This document shows positions 1 to 8,853 of a DNA stretch of 37,923 nt, in pieces. Location of the stretch: positions 1-37,923 of the forward strand of contig JANLGZ010000019.1 in NCBI GenBank assembly GCA_024653905.1, given 5' to 3'. Position 1 is the first letter of the stretch. Every line of letters starts with the position of its first letter. Position numbers and translations under genes: made by a program. Source of the DNA: an archaeon. GTDB lineage: Archaea > Iainarchaeota > Iainarchaeia > Iainarchaeales > Iainarchaeaceae. Below the pieces are notes generated by a model. It made no database searches and had not been told where the DNA came from. It saw only the letters and a list, made by a program, of their open reading frames with translations.

Positions 1-457
1 AACTTACCAAGCTCTCGAAAAAAAGAGATGACAAAAAATTCACAATTTTTATGAAACAACTTGTACTACATTCGATAAAGCAGACAAATCAAAAGATAAG
101 GCATTTATAAAAAACAAGGCAATTATTTATGGTAAAAGAAATGGATTGCCATTTGTGCGGCGGAAAAGCTGAATTGAAGTATGAGGATTTTGAATTAGCT
201 TTGATTGTTTTGCTAATGTTGGTTTTGCAGTTCTTTTTATATTTGTACTCAAAAGAAGAGAAAATTACCCAAACGCAATCGAACACAAATTAAACACCCT
301 GCTTTTTATTTTCCGAAAACGTTTTTATTGCATGGCTGAAAATGGAAAAAAACATTCTTCAAAAAAAATAGTTGAAGATTTTATTTTCAAAGGAAAGCAC
401 ATTTAAAAAATTCACTCAAAAAGTTTCAAAAGACAAGTAGAAAAATATTTAAGTAAC

Positions 458-1222
458 GTGTGGAAAAAATCCTACAAAAATAAACACCACAAAACAGGTC
501 TTCCTTTACCCACTGAAAAACAGAGGATGATTGGCGAACCCCTTCCAAAAAAAGATTTAGCCCACATAAAAGGACAAGTTAGATTTGGGATTTCTATTTT
601 CTGTGCACACATCAAGAAAGCCGAACGAAAGAAACTCACATCGAAAATCAACCGGCTGATTAAAAAGAAAAATTTCAGTATTTTGGACGTAATCAATGAG
701 AGCCATGATGCTAAAGAAGTGAGATCAGACCTTTTCATGCTTTACCATTATCTCAAAGATAATGGAGAAATTTATCTTGGTTACAATGTTCTTGAATCAG
801 AAAAAATTTACTTTGCAAAAGGCTGGTCGCAGGACAAGAAGGGCAACACAACAGCAATTCACGAATGCATTCATCTTCTACACAGACTCGGAGTAATCAA
901 AATAGATATTCCCTTCGCGCAAGCTTCAGACAGACTTTACGGACTCGAAAAGGGTTTGTTCAGCCCGAAAAGAAAATTCGCATTACATGTAAAGGACTTT
1001 GACAAAAAACCGAGACCGGACAAAATACTAGAAGGAGTGCAATGTTATAATGAACCCTGGTGGAGTTATGATGTCGGAATTAAATTAGGTTACTGGATTT
1101 TTGAGAATCTAAAAGGCAAAAAACGATGGAATTACCTTTACCAAAGAACAATGGGTTTAAAGCATAAAGAAGCGCTTGAAAAAATCGGTTTTGGAAATCG
1201 TACAGCAAGAAGAACAGCATGA
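458..1222 (+). CDS. hypothetical protein with HExxH zinc-metallopeptidase-like motif
   Basis: 254-aa ORF. The motif AIHECIHLLH contains HExxH. The start is uncertain (GTG at 458 or an internal ATG near 527). No family recognised beyond the motif. Confidence 0.4.
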   Translation: MWKKSYKNKHHKTGLPLPTEKQRMIGEPLPKKDLAHIKGQVRFGISIFCAHIKKAERKKLTSKINRLIKKKNFSILDVINESHDAKEVRSDLFMLYHYLKDNGEIYLGYNVLESEKIYFAKGWSQDKKGNTTAIHECIHLLHRLGVIKIDIPFAQASDRLYGLEKGLFSPKRKFALHVKDFDKKPRPDKILEGVQCYNEPWWSYDVGIKLGYWIFENLKGKKRWNYLYQRTMGLKHKEALEKIGFGNRTARRTA

Positions 1223-1278
1223 AAACATTTTTTTGTTAAGTGTTTGTTACAATTTTTTCTAGCTGTAAAGGGGGGTTT

Positions 1279-1680
1279 TCATAATTTCTTCTTTTTGTTT
1301 TCTGATGCAAGCTGTGCTTTTAAATCTTCTAAAATTCTGTCTTTGTCATCAAACATTTTTTTAAATTCAGTGTCTTCGTTTTCTTCTTTCACTTTTTTCC
1401 TATCAACTCTTGGTTTTGAAATCAATTGAGAAAGACGAAGAACAATTAATGCAATTATTATAACCCCAAGACCAACCGCAGCAATTTTTGCAAGCTGTAA
1501 TGCCTCAGATACTTCTCCAAACAACTTTCCGGTTTGAGTGGTTAATCCTTCCACGTCCCCTTTTTCCAAAGCTTCAGCAATTTTATTGGCAGAATCCTGA
1601 GGACCAGCTGAAACAAACAGCACAAGCAAGGCTAAAGAAATTAACATTAACACTAAGAAAAACTTTTGATTATTTTGCAT
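1279..1680 (-). CDS. hypothetical secreted/membrane-anchored protein
   Basis: 133 aa. N-terminal hydrophobic signal/anchor (FFLVLMLISLALLVLFV), a second TM (IAAVGLGVIIIALIVL), then a charged K/E-rich tail. Overlapping + strand ORFs look like shadows. Confidence 0.45.
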   Translation of the reverse strand: MQNNQKFFLVLMLISLALLVLFVSAGPQDSANKIAEALEKGDVEGLTTQTGKLFGEVSEALQLAKIAAVGLGVIIIALIVLRLSQLISKPRVDRKKVKEENEDTEFKKMFDDKDRILEDLKAQLASENKKKKL

Positions 1681-1736
1681 ATTATCTTAAACATAAACTT
1701 TGATTCTATTATATATTACTTATCAAGTGACAAAAA

Positions 1737-2195
1737 ATGTTAGAAACAGGACAAAAAGCACCGGGTTTTTCCTTAAAGGATCAGAATGGGAAAATAATCA
1801 GCCTTTCTGATTTTTACGGAAAAAAAGTGGCGGTTTATTTTTATCCAAAAGATGATACCCCGGGATGCACAACGCAAGGATGTAATATAAGAGATAATTT
1901 TTCAGAACTTAAGAAAAAAAATATTCTAATATTTGGTATAAGCAAGGACTCGCCAGAATCTCACAAAAGATTTTCTGAAAAATACGGATTCAATTTCCCT
2001 ATTCTCAGCGATGAAAAAGGAGAAGTAATTGAAAAATACGGGGTTTTCAAAGAAAAAAGCATATTCGGAAAAACATTCATGGGAATTATCAGAACAACGT
2101 TTTTAATTGATGAAAAAGGCATTATAAAAAAAATTATAAAAAAACCCGATACTGCAAACCACTCAAAGGAAATAATTCAGGGTTTTGCCGATTGA
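1737..2195 (+). CDS. bcp: thiol peroxidase, Bcp-type peroxiredoxin
   Basis: 152 aa. AhpC/TSA pattern: G.KAP.F.L.DQNG..., YFYPKDDTPGCTTQGC (peroxidatic Cys in the PGCT context), then FGISKDS...H.KF..KY. Confidence 0.85.
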   Translation: MLETGQKAPGFSLKDQNGKIISLSDFYGKKVAVYFYPKDDTPGCTTQGCNIRDNFSELKKKNILIFGISKDSPESHKRFSEKYGFNFPILSDEKGEVIEKYGVFKEKSIFGKTFMGIIRTTFLIDEKGIIKKIIKKPDTANHSKEIIQGFAD

Positions 2196-2347
2196 ACATA
2201 AGGCTTTATGCCCCGTTTCAACGGCAACAACCACTTTCTATCGCCAAACAGGAGAATAAACAGTGTTAACCAGTTTTTAACAGCAGTAAAGTTTTAAATA
2301 ATGTACAAACACTGGATATAATTGTAAATCTAACGGAGTGATTCCAA

Positions 2348-2593
2348 ATGGCAAAATTTAAAATTGAACATCACAAAGAAATCTGCATCGGATGCGGAGC
2401 ATGCGCAGCAATAGACCCTGAAGACTGGGTAATGGACGGAGACAAATCACATTTGATTGAGTCTGACAAAATAGATACTGAAAACGGCAAAGGCGAAGGA
2501 AAAATTATTGATGAATCAAAGCTCGCCCAGAATCAGGAAGCAGCAGATTCTTGTCCGGTTCCATGTATTTTTGTAAAAAAAGTCGAGGAATGA
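2348..2593 (+). CDS. small ferredoxin (single Fe-S cluster type)
   Basis: 81 aa. CIGCGACAAIDP near the N-terminus and a distal CPVPCI, as in single-cluster ferredoxins. GGAGTG Shine-Dalgarno upstream. Confidence 0.7.
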   Translation: MAKFKIEHHKEICIGCGACAAIDPEDWVMDGDKSHLIESDKIDTENGKGEGKIIDESKLAQNQEAADSCPVPCIFVKKVEE

Positions 2594-2687
2594 AATCCTC
2601 ATATTCTTCTTTTTGAAAAAATCAAATTGCTTTTTCCAATCCAACGCCAAGAAGAGCAAGAATTCCAACGCCAAGTATAATGGATGC

Positions 2688-2858
2688 CTAACTACTTGTG
2701 AGATAATGCCCAGGAAATATCAGAGCATCCGCCATTCCCCAAACACCTCTCCAGAAAAGAATCACAGCTGCTCCGACAAGAGCAGTGAAAAGTATTTTGT
2801 TGCGTTTTCTGAGTTTTTTAAACTCATCTACAAGCGGGAAATTTTCTTTTTTATCCAT
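2688..2858 (-). CDS. small membrane protein, possibly interrupted by an in-frame TAG (extended reading 2622..2858)
   Basis: Hand translation of the minus strand gives MDKKENFPLVDEFKKLRKRNKILFTALVGAAVILFWRGVWGMADALIFPGHYLTSS-TAG-ASIILGVGILALLGVGLEKAI-TGA. The part before TAG holds one TM. The in-frame continuation would encode a second TM. It falls below the 60-aa cutoff of the ORF track. Confidence 0.3.
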   Translation of the reverse strand: MDKKENFPLVDEFKKLRKRNKILFTALVGAAVILFWRGVWGMADALIFPGHYLTSS

Positions 2859-2895
2859 GATTAAACAACACCAAAGGAATATTTATCCATTAGCA

Positions 2896-3735
2896 TTACA
2901 ATGAATTAAAAGTTTTCTGCAAAAGCAAAGTGTCCTCTTCTATATTTGGGCTTTCACAAACAAGAACTCCTTTTGCATTAAAATCTTTTAACACCTGCAA
3001 AACACCTTTGTAATTCATATCTGCTTCTTTCAAAACCAAATGATTTCTTTCACCTTTTTCAGAATAATTTATTCCGGAAAGATGAATGTGCATATTTTGA
3101 ATTGCTTTTTTTCCAAGTTTTTTTTCAATTAACTCCATAACCTGCTCGAACTCCTCTTTTGAATTAAACTTTCCATTAGAACGCGCATGCAAATGAGAAA
3201 AATCTACCACTGGAAGCACTTGATCAAACTCCGAACTTAAATCAATTAACTCATCAATAGAACCAAACTGAGTAGGCTTTCCTGTTGTTTCAGGCCTAAT
3301 CCAAACATCAAGATCAAGAGAATTAACCTCTTCTAAAAGTTTTTTCATCTGTTCTTTAACATTAGAATAAACTTTTTCAGATTCCATTCCAAGATAAAAA
3401 CCAGGATGGAAACAAACCGAGTAACCGCCGCACGCATTTAGAATTTTTGCAGAACTTAATATTCTGCTTCTTGAAGCCCCAAGCTTTTGTTTTTCAATCG
3501 CGTTCAGATTAATAAAATAGGAAGCATGACAAGTAAGAATTATTTCATTTTCTTCAGCAACTTTTTTTACTTCAGGGGCTTTTTCCATAGAAATGTTTAC
3601 TGAATGAACAAATTCCAGTTCCATTGCACCTAAACCAAGATTTTTTACTTCTTTAATTCCATTTACAGTATCTCTTAGTTTCGTACTGAACGGTATTCCC
3701 GCAGTAGCAAACAAAAGTTTTTTCGGTTCAATCAA
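2896..3735 (-). CDS. xylose-isomerase-like TIM-barrel protein, endonuclease IV (AP endonuclease 2) family
   Basis: 279 aa. Motifs LELEFVHS, CHASYFINL, CFHPGFY, IRPETTGK..QFGS, VDFSHLHA and MHIHLSG resemble the metal-ligand pattern of Nfo-like enzymes. Apparent TTG start overlaps the stop of the upstream gene (TTGA). Confidence 0.6.
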   Translation of the reverse strand: MIEPKKLLFATAGIPFSTKLRDTVNGIKEVKNLGLGAMELEFVHSVNISMEKAPEVKKVAEENEIILTCHASYFINLNAIEKQKLGASRSRILSSAKILNACGGYSVCFHPGFYLGMESEKVYSNVKEQMKKLLEEVNSLDLDVWIRPETTGKPTQFGSIDELIDLSSEFDQVLPVVDFSHLHARSNGKFNSKEEFEQVMELIEKKLGKKAIQNMHIHLSGINYSEKGERNHLVLKEADMNYKGVLQVLKDFNAKGVLVCESPNIEEDTLLLQKTFNSL

Positions 3736-4286
3736 AATTCTACACCCTTTCTTGCAATTATTCCTTTATCAAAAGGATGATTGTGTTTTTTAATCTCACT
3801 AACCAAATCTGCTTTTTCAAAAATTTTTTCAAAAGGTTTGTGTGAACCTGTTAAAACCAATTCTGTTTTTTCATTTTTTGAATCCATTAATTTCAAAACA
3901 TCTTCTTCTTTTATAAGTTCAAGCTGAATCGCATAAAGAATTTCATCAACAATAACAAGATCAAAGCTCCCTGAAGAAACAGATTTAATAGAATGATTCA
4001 AAGCTTTTTTTGCTTCAGCAAGATGTTCTTGGCTTGGTTTTCCAATAACCCATTTTTTTATTCCGAATCGTTTATAAGAAAAATTATCAAATTTTTTTAA
4101 TGCAGTTATTTCTCCTGTTTCATCAAAATTTTTGTTTGCTTCAATACCAAATTTCATGAACTGAACCAAATGAACATTAAATCCCCGCCCTAACATTCTA
4201 AGAGCCAAGCCTAAAGAGGCAGTTGTTTTTCCCTTGCCGTTTCCCCAATAAACTTGGATTTGACCAAAATTCGGTTTAGATTCCAT
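3732..4286 (-). CDS. cobO: cob(I)yrinic acid a,c-diamide / corrinoid adenosyltransferase (CobA/CobO/BtuR type)
   Basis: 184 aa. P-loop GNGKGKTTASLGLALRMLGRG..V.LVQFMK, then DLVIVDEILYA, LVLTG and a C-terminal KHNHPFDKGIIARKGVEF, which is typical of this family. Confidence 0.8.
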   Translation of the reverse strand: MESKPNFGQIQVYWGNGKGKTTASLGLALRMLGRGFNVHLVQFMKFGIEANKNFDETGEITALKKFDNFSYKRFGIKKWVIGKPSQEHLAEAKKALNHSIKSVSSGSFDLVIVDEILYAIQLELIKEEDVLKLMDSKNEKTELVLTGSHKPFEKIFEKADLVSEIKKHNHPFDKGIIARKGVEF

Positions 4287-4404
4287 ACAAAAAAATAAGA
4301 GTGAAGTTCTTTAAAACACTTGGGAAGCATTTAAAATCTGTACGGTATCTAATTTGAATAGACTTATTTTAGATGCTAAGTTAACGAAATTTGAGGTGTA
4401 TATT

Positions 4405-4806
4405 ATGGCTAAAGAAGAAAAAAAAGAAAAAGAAGCTGAAAAGCTAGAAGAAGAACAAGTAATAGAAGAGGAAGAAGAGGAAATTGATGACTCTAAATTA
4501 CCTTTTCCAAGAGCAACTATTGTAAACATGCTCAGAAAACACCTCACTTCTGGAAAACAAATTAAGGGACAGGTTAAAAATGAAATGAATCTCTGGCTCG
4601 GAAAAATGGTTGAAAGAATTGCCGACAAAATGAACACATACCCGTACACTTACGTTGACGGATCAATGTTAAGAGAAGCAATTGAACCATACGAAAACAT
4701 TCAGGATATTGAAAAAGAAAAAGAAAGAATCATCAAGCAATTAGAATCTATAAAAGCAGCTTGTGATGTTTTAATCTTGGAAGTTGACAGGAAATTCATT
4801 AAGTAA
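4405..4806 (+). CDS. acidic-N-terminus protein with a histone-fold-like core (tentative)
   Basis: The ATG at 4405 is preceded by GAGGTG, so the track start at 4354 is probably too early. E/K-rich N-terminus, then LPFPRATIVNMLRKHL...QIKGQVKNEMNLWLGKMVERIADKM....YVDGSMLREAI, which resembles helix-strand-helix histone-fold spacing. Confidence 0.4.
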   Translation: MAKEEKKEKEAEKLEEEQVIEEEEEEIDDSKLPFPRATIVNMLRKHLTSGKQIKGQVKNEMNLWLGKMVERIADKMNTYPYTYVDGSMLREAIEPYENIQDIEKEKERIIKQLESIKAACDVLILEVDRKFIK

Positions 4807-4815
4807 GTGATTCTT

Positions 4816-4992
4816 ATGGCTGAAAAAAAGAAACTCAAACAAACAGAGAATCCTTACGAAAATGAGCAAGTAGAAGAAATGCTTGAAAACGATGAAATTG
4901 ATCCTAAAGAAGCAGGCTTTATGGAAGGGTACAATGAAAAGCAAACAAAAGACCCAAAGAAGCTGAAAGATATTATTGATGATGAAAAATAA
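4816..4992 (+). CDS. small acidic hypothetical protein
   Basis: 58 aa from the ATG at 4816 (MAEKKKLKQTENPYENEQVEEMLENDEIDPKEAGF...). It directly follows the previous gene on the same strand. Confidence 0.35.
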   Translation: MAEKKKLKQTENPYENEQVEEMLENDEIDPKEAGFMEGYNEKQTKDPKKLKDIIDDEK

Positions 4993-5032
4993 ATTGAACG
5001 GGTTCTTTTAGGAGAACTCAAACCTTATTTTT

Positions 5033-5608
5033 TTAATTCAAAAATTGTTCATAATCTGATTCTAAAATATCTTTTACTTTCTTAGCAATGCTTGAATGCG
5101 GATTCAAAAAAAGAAATGCCTTCAACTGATTAACGTTCCCTACTTTTCTTTTAATTGAAGCCTTTTCAAAATCAATTATTATAGGCAATCCTTTTTTCAC
5201 AATAATATTTCTTCCTTTACCCGCAAGCTGACCGTGATCCAAACCGATTTTATCAATTTTTTCTGCCTGTTCAAAAAGTTCTTTCAGAAACTTTTCAAGT
5301 TCGGTTTTTTTTGGATTTGAAAAAAGCCAATTATTAAAAGAAACTCCGTTAACATATTCCATTAACACAACTTTATTTTCAAAATCTACTTCAATTAATT
5401 TCGGGCCTACACTAACAGAGTTGGCAAGTTTTAGGTTCTCAGATTCACGCTCAACCATATTTATACGATGGACTTTTTCCCTCAAAGATTTTGCCACAAG
5501 TTTTTTTCCTTTAGAATCTTCAACAAGATAAACGAAAGAAGTCCACCCTTTAGCTATCTGTTCAACTAATTTAAAATTGTTTTTTTTCAGAAAATTTTCT
5601 ATTGACAT
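5033..5608 (-). CDS. small archaeal Ser/Thr protein kinase-like protein (RIO/Bud32-like minimal kinase fold)
   Basis: 191 aa. Gly-rich loop region KGWTSFVYLV, VAKSLRE (the VAK lysine), a catalytic-loop-like LDHGQLAGKGRNIIV and IIDFEKA (DFG-like). Confidence 0.6.
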   Translation of the reverse strand: MSIENFLKKNNFKLVEQIAKGWTSFVYLVEDSKGKKLVAKSLREKVHRINMVERESENLKLANSVSVGPKLIEVDFENKVVLMEYVNGVSFNNWLFSNPKKTELEKFLKELFEQAEKIDKIGLDHGQLAGKGRNIIVKKGLPIIIDFEKASIKRKVGNVNQLKAFLFLNPHSSIAKKVKDILESDYEQFLN

Positions 5609-5642
5609 TTATAAAAATAAAAAGGAAAGGATTAAAGCACTT

Positions 5643-5915
5643 TCATTTAAAAGTGCTGTCGTCCAATGCCAAAAATTCTGTGCCATTAAAGTCTGAATCA
5701 TTTAAAAGAGACTCTAATTCGTTCAATTCCGAATCAAGGGCAGCAAGTTCTTCATCAGAAGTTACCAAAGAATCTCCCGCAACAGGCTGTTCCTGAATCT
5801 GGCTTGTGTCACCACTTTGATTTTGGGCACCAGTATTCTGTCCCTGAGTTTGTGATGCACACCCAGACAACAGAACTGCCAGAATGAGGATTGATGCTAA
5901 AATTGATTTATTCAT
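5643..5915 (-). CDS. acidic lipoprotein, hypothetical
   Basis: 90 aa. Signal peptide plus lipobox-like LLSGCAS, then a Q/D/E/S-rich acidic tail. Its ATG overlaps the stop of the upstream gene (ATGA at 5912-5915). Confidence 0.5.
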   Translation of the reverse strand: MNKSILASILILAVLLSGCASQTQGQNTGAQNQSGDTSQIQEQPVAGDSLVTSDEELAALDSELNELESLLNDSDFNGTEFLALDDSTFK

Positions 5916-7027
5916 TGTACATCAACCCCATTAACATCTTCAGAATTGTGTTCTAACTCATCGTTTCCTGAATCATCCGCGCCAGAATCATCTCCTGAAT
6001 CATCAAATGAATCAGTTGAGTCATCTGAAAGTTCATTGAGTTCATCAGATGTTTCTGTGGTTATTTCAACGTTATGTTCTATTTCTTTTGTGGCTTTGAA
6101 CATTACCTTTATCAGCCTGAGGTTTTCTATCAGATTTCTGTTCATTTCCCTCAGCTTATCATAGGCATCATTCAATATTTCCGCCTTATTCTCTTTTGTT
6201 TCAGCATCGTTGAATGCCTGTCTTAGCACATTATAATCCTGCTGAAACTGCACCACATCTTCTTTAAGCTGATTAATCGCATTTTGGATTGCGTTAACAT
6301 CACGGCCATTTTCAGCAAGCGTATCAACAACTGCCTGAAGCCTTTCAGAGAATGTTTCAGCTTTGTTTATTATTCCATTAATTCCATTGTTTATTTTTTT
6401 GCCTGCAGAAATTCTCAGGTTATGCTCCCACTTATTCCAGTAACCCTGTATGTCTTTTGAAAGGACAATTAATTCCCCTTGAGTGATTGCTTCATTCTGA
6501 AGAAGTTCCTGCTTTTCTTCAAAAAAAGTTATTACTTCACTAAGATTATCAGGCGCATTTTCATTTTCCTGCATTGCATAAAGCTTATTGAGAATTACTT
6601 CAACCTGATCGATTAAAACTTCGCTTGATTTATGCCTGAGCCTTTCTCTTAAACTTGCTTTTGCAGCTTCTCTGGAACTTTTGAGTTCACCCCTTAAAGA
6701 ATTAAAATCCTCAAGCTTTTGCTTTACTCTTTCTCTTGCATCCTCTTGTTTGATTCTTAATTCTTCAATTTTATTTTTTCTTTCCTCATATTTTTCTCTT
6801 AAATCATCCAGTCTTTCCTGAACCTTTTCCCTTGCATCCGAAGGATTTCTTTCAACTCCTATAGCAACTGGTCTTGGATCATCAGCCTGCACCCTTCTCC
6901 CACTTGAATTGTCAGAATCGGAATCATTTGTATCTTCATCTGCAACAGCAATTGCGGAAAAAAGCACCAACAAAATAAGAGCCAGCACTGAAACACTTTT
7001 AATTTTCATTTTAAACCTCCTGTTCAC
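5912..7027 (-). CDS. secreted/anchored coiled-coil protein with acidic termini, hypothetical
   Basis: 371 aa. N-terminal signal/anchor (VSVLALILLVLFSAIAV), a D/S-rich stretch, a long charged helical region (EKVQERLDDLREKYEERKNKIEELRIKQEDARERVKQKLED...), and an acidic tail DDSGDDSGADDSGNDE. Confidence 0.55.
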   Translation of the reverse strand: MNRRFKMKIKSVSVLALILLVLFSAIAVADEDTNDSDSDNSSGRRVQADDPRPVAIGVERNPSDAREKVQERLDDLREKYEERKNKIEELRIKQEDARERVKQKLEDFNSLRGELKSSREAAKASLRERLRHKSSEVLIDQVEVILNKLYAMQENENAPDNLSEVITFFEEKQELLQNEAITQGELIVLSKDIQGYWNKWEHNLRISAGKKINNGINGIINKAETFSERLQAVVDTLAENGRDVNAIQNAINQLKEDVVQFQQDYNVLRQAFNDAETKENKAEILNDAYDKLREMNRNLIENLRLIKVMFKATKEIEHNVEITTETSDELNELSDDSTDSFDDSGDDSGADDSGNDELEHNSEDVNGVDVQ

Positions 7028-7192
7028 CCCAAAGGGTTTTTCCTGTACCTAATGCACAGTTTTTCTTTAAAAAGTTACTTTCAATCATTGAAAAATTAAA
7101 GCTTTACAAAACCTTTTTTTCAGCAGTAAAACTTTACAACTGCTTTTTTTGTTCAGGAAAGGATTTAAAGGGTTTTTCAAGAATACTATTTA

Positions 7193-7954
7193 ATGAATTG
7201 GAAAATAATTTCTGCACTTATTTTAATTTCAAGTTTTGTGAACGCCGCAACAATTTCTGGAACAACATTTGAATGGTACACTTTAGAACCATTAGAAAAT
7301 GTTATTATTGAAATTAATACAACACCCAACCAATTGATGGTTGCGGAATTAGGATTTTATTCTTTTAATGTGCCACAAGGAAATTATGAATTAAACGCAT
7401 TTTATTTTGACGGAAACAATCTGAAATACAGGGCAAATGAAAAAATCATTATTGAAGCAGACGGGAATTTTACGCGCGATATTCTTATGCTTCCGCCTCT
7501 TGAGGAAAATGATTTTTTAATGGAAGACATAGGAGAAATAACAATTCCCGAAACCCCTGCTGTTGAGGAACCGAAAGAAGATTTGGGGCAGATAGGAATC
7601 GGGATTGTGCTTTTGATTGTAGCAATGATTCTGATTATTTATGGTGCCGAAAAAATAACAAAATCTGCAACCGGATTAAAAACTGAAAGAATAGGAATTG
7701 AGGAAAAATATTTTGAAAGGTCAAAAGAATTTTTGGAAACAAAAGAAAATCAAACATCGCAAAAAACTGACAAAGATTTGGACGAGGTCCTGGGAATTCT
7801 GAAACGCTATGGCGGAAGAATGACACAAAAAGATTTACGGAATAAAGTTGATTTTGGGGAAGCTAAAACGTCCTTAATTATTGCCGAACTTGAAGAAATG
7901 GGGAAAATAAAGAAATTCAAAAAAGGAAGAGGAAATATTATTGTTTTAAAATAA
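7193..7954 (+). CDS. single-pass membrane protein: extracellular beta-sandwich (carboxypeptidase-regulatory-like) domain plus cytoplasmic winged-HTH (COG2512-like)
   Basis: 253 aa. Signal peptide, then G..F.....G.Y.L beta-sandwich-like repeats (GFYSFNVPQGNYELNAFY), a TM (IGIGIVLLIVAMILIIYGA), and a C-terminal LDEVLGILKRYGGRMTQKDLRNKVDFGEAKTSLIIAELEEMGKIKKFKKGRGNIIVLK. Confidence 0.6.
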   Translation: MNWKIISALILISSFVNAATISGTTFEWYTLEPLENVIIEINTTPNQLMVAELGFYSFNVPQGNYELNAFYFDGNNLKYRANEKIIIEADGNFTRDILMLPPLEENDFLMEDIGEITIPETPAVEEPKEDLGQIGIGIVLLIVAMILIIYGAEKITKSATGLKTERIGIEEKYFERSKEFLETKENQTSQKTDKDLDEVLGILKRYGGRMTQKDLRNKVDFGEAKTSLIIAELEEMGKIKKFKKGRGNIIVLK

Positions 7955-7955
7955 A

Positions 7956-8516
7956 TTATTTTTTTGCTTTTTCCAACCCCATTTTTATTGCATCTCCAAT
8001 TCCGAGGTCAGGACCCTGCATTTCCAACAAATGCATATCTTTCCCATACTGCAAAGCAGTCTCAAGAAAACCTATTGATTTTTCATGACCAATTCTTCCG
8101 CAGGCTAAAGCAATTTGTATTACAACATTCGGATCAACCTTTTTTCTTTTTAATTCTCTAATCAAAGCTTTCCCCAGAGAAACCGCCGCGGCTTCATTTC
8201 TGAAAAGCGCAAGTGATTTTGCGGCAGAGATTTTTACAGCAGGAGAAATATCCATAGTAATTGAAGTATTCAACGGAATTATTGCAGCAGGATTATTTGA
8301 ATGGCCTAAATGTTCTGCTGCCAGTGCCCTGGATTGATAATCAGAGTTTTTCCTACTGAGCTGAGTTTTTAATGCAGTTATATCTGCCACCTTTCTTTCC
8401 ACAGATTCCACAGGCCTTTTTTTCCAAGGCAATCTAAAAGACATAATTAAATTAGGCGCGGGAAGATATAAAAGTTCCGAATTAACCATTCGAAAGTAGT
8501 AAAAAAAGAAATGCAC
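7956..8516 (-). CDS. HEAT/PBS-lyase-like repeat protein
   Basis: Repeats of the type A..LG....AI.PL / AA.SLALF.NEAA...L / ACGRIGHEKSIGFLETAL. The N-terminal start is uncertain; the internal MSFRLPWKK is also possible. Confidence 0.5.
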   Translation of the reverse strand: MHFFFYYFRMVNSELLYLPAPNLIMSFRLPWKKRPVESVERKVADITALKTQLSRKNSDYQSRALAAEHLGHSNNPAAIIPLNTSITMDISPAVKISAAKSLALFRNEAAAVSLGKALIRELKRKKVDPNVVIQIALACGRIGHEKSIGFLETALQYGKDMHLLEMQGPDLGIGDAIKMGLEKAKK

Positions 8517-8527
8517 ACTATTATTCT

Positions 8528-8731
8528 ATGGCTTTGGATTTGTTCAGCGATGATACTGAAAAGCTTCTCACAGGGATTCTGCTTATAGTATTGGCAACAG
8601 TATTACTCTTAAGCGGCCTGAACTTGTTATTTGATTTCACTTATTTCTTCTCACAAGAGATTGATATTGTATTTGCATTTATTGCAATAATCATTGGAAT
8701 AACTCTAATTTTCTCAAATACAAAAAAATAA
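8528..8731 (+). CDS. small two-TM membrane protein, hypothetical
   Basis: 67 aa with two hydrophobic segments (LLTGILLIVLATVLLLSGLNLLF and IVFAFIAIIIGITLIF). Confidence 0.35.
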   Translation: MALDLFSDDTEKLLTGILLIVLATVLLLSGLNLLFDFTYFFSQEIDIVFAFIAIIIGITLIFSNTKK

Positions 8732-8736
8732 CCTGC

Positions 8737-8806
8737 ATATCCACCACTTTGTTAGATGTGTATATCCATCAAAAACTAACATTTATAAGGGTTTCATATC
8801 CATCAA
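8737..8806 (+). promoter_or_regulatory. thermosome promoter region with three ATATCCA(T/C)CA direct repeats around a TATA box
   Basis: ATATCCACCA at 8737-8746, ATATCCATCAA at 8762-8772 and again at 8796-8806. TATA-like ATTTATAA sits near 8781-8788. GTTAG (8751-8755) and CTAAC (8776-8780) form inverted pentamers. Confidence 0.3.
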
Positions 8807-8853
8807 TAATTAATACTAATTATTAAGAAAACCATTTTTTAGGAGATGATATT

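Noticed and set aside
89-286. 65-aa minus-strand ORF, and a + strand 52-codon ORF (129-287) starting MVKEMDCHLCGGKAELKYEDFEL that hints at a YgiT/MqsA-type zinc ribbon
   Set aside because: The minus ORF is motif-free. The + ORF has only the first CxxC half of a zinc ribbon and then turns hydrophobic. It is at best a degraded remnant, which is too weak to annotate.
2613-2864. 83-aa + strand ORF after the ferredoxin gene
   Set aside because: Composition is low-complexity and S/K/N-rich with no motif. The opposite strand encodes a much more protein-like small membrane ORF, so this is treated as a shadow ORF.
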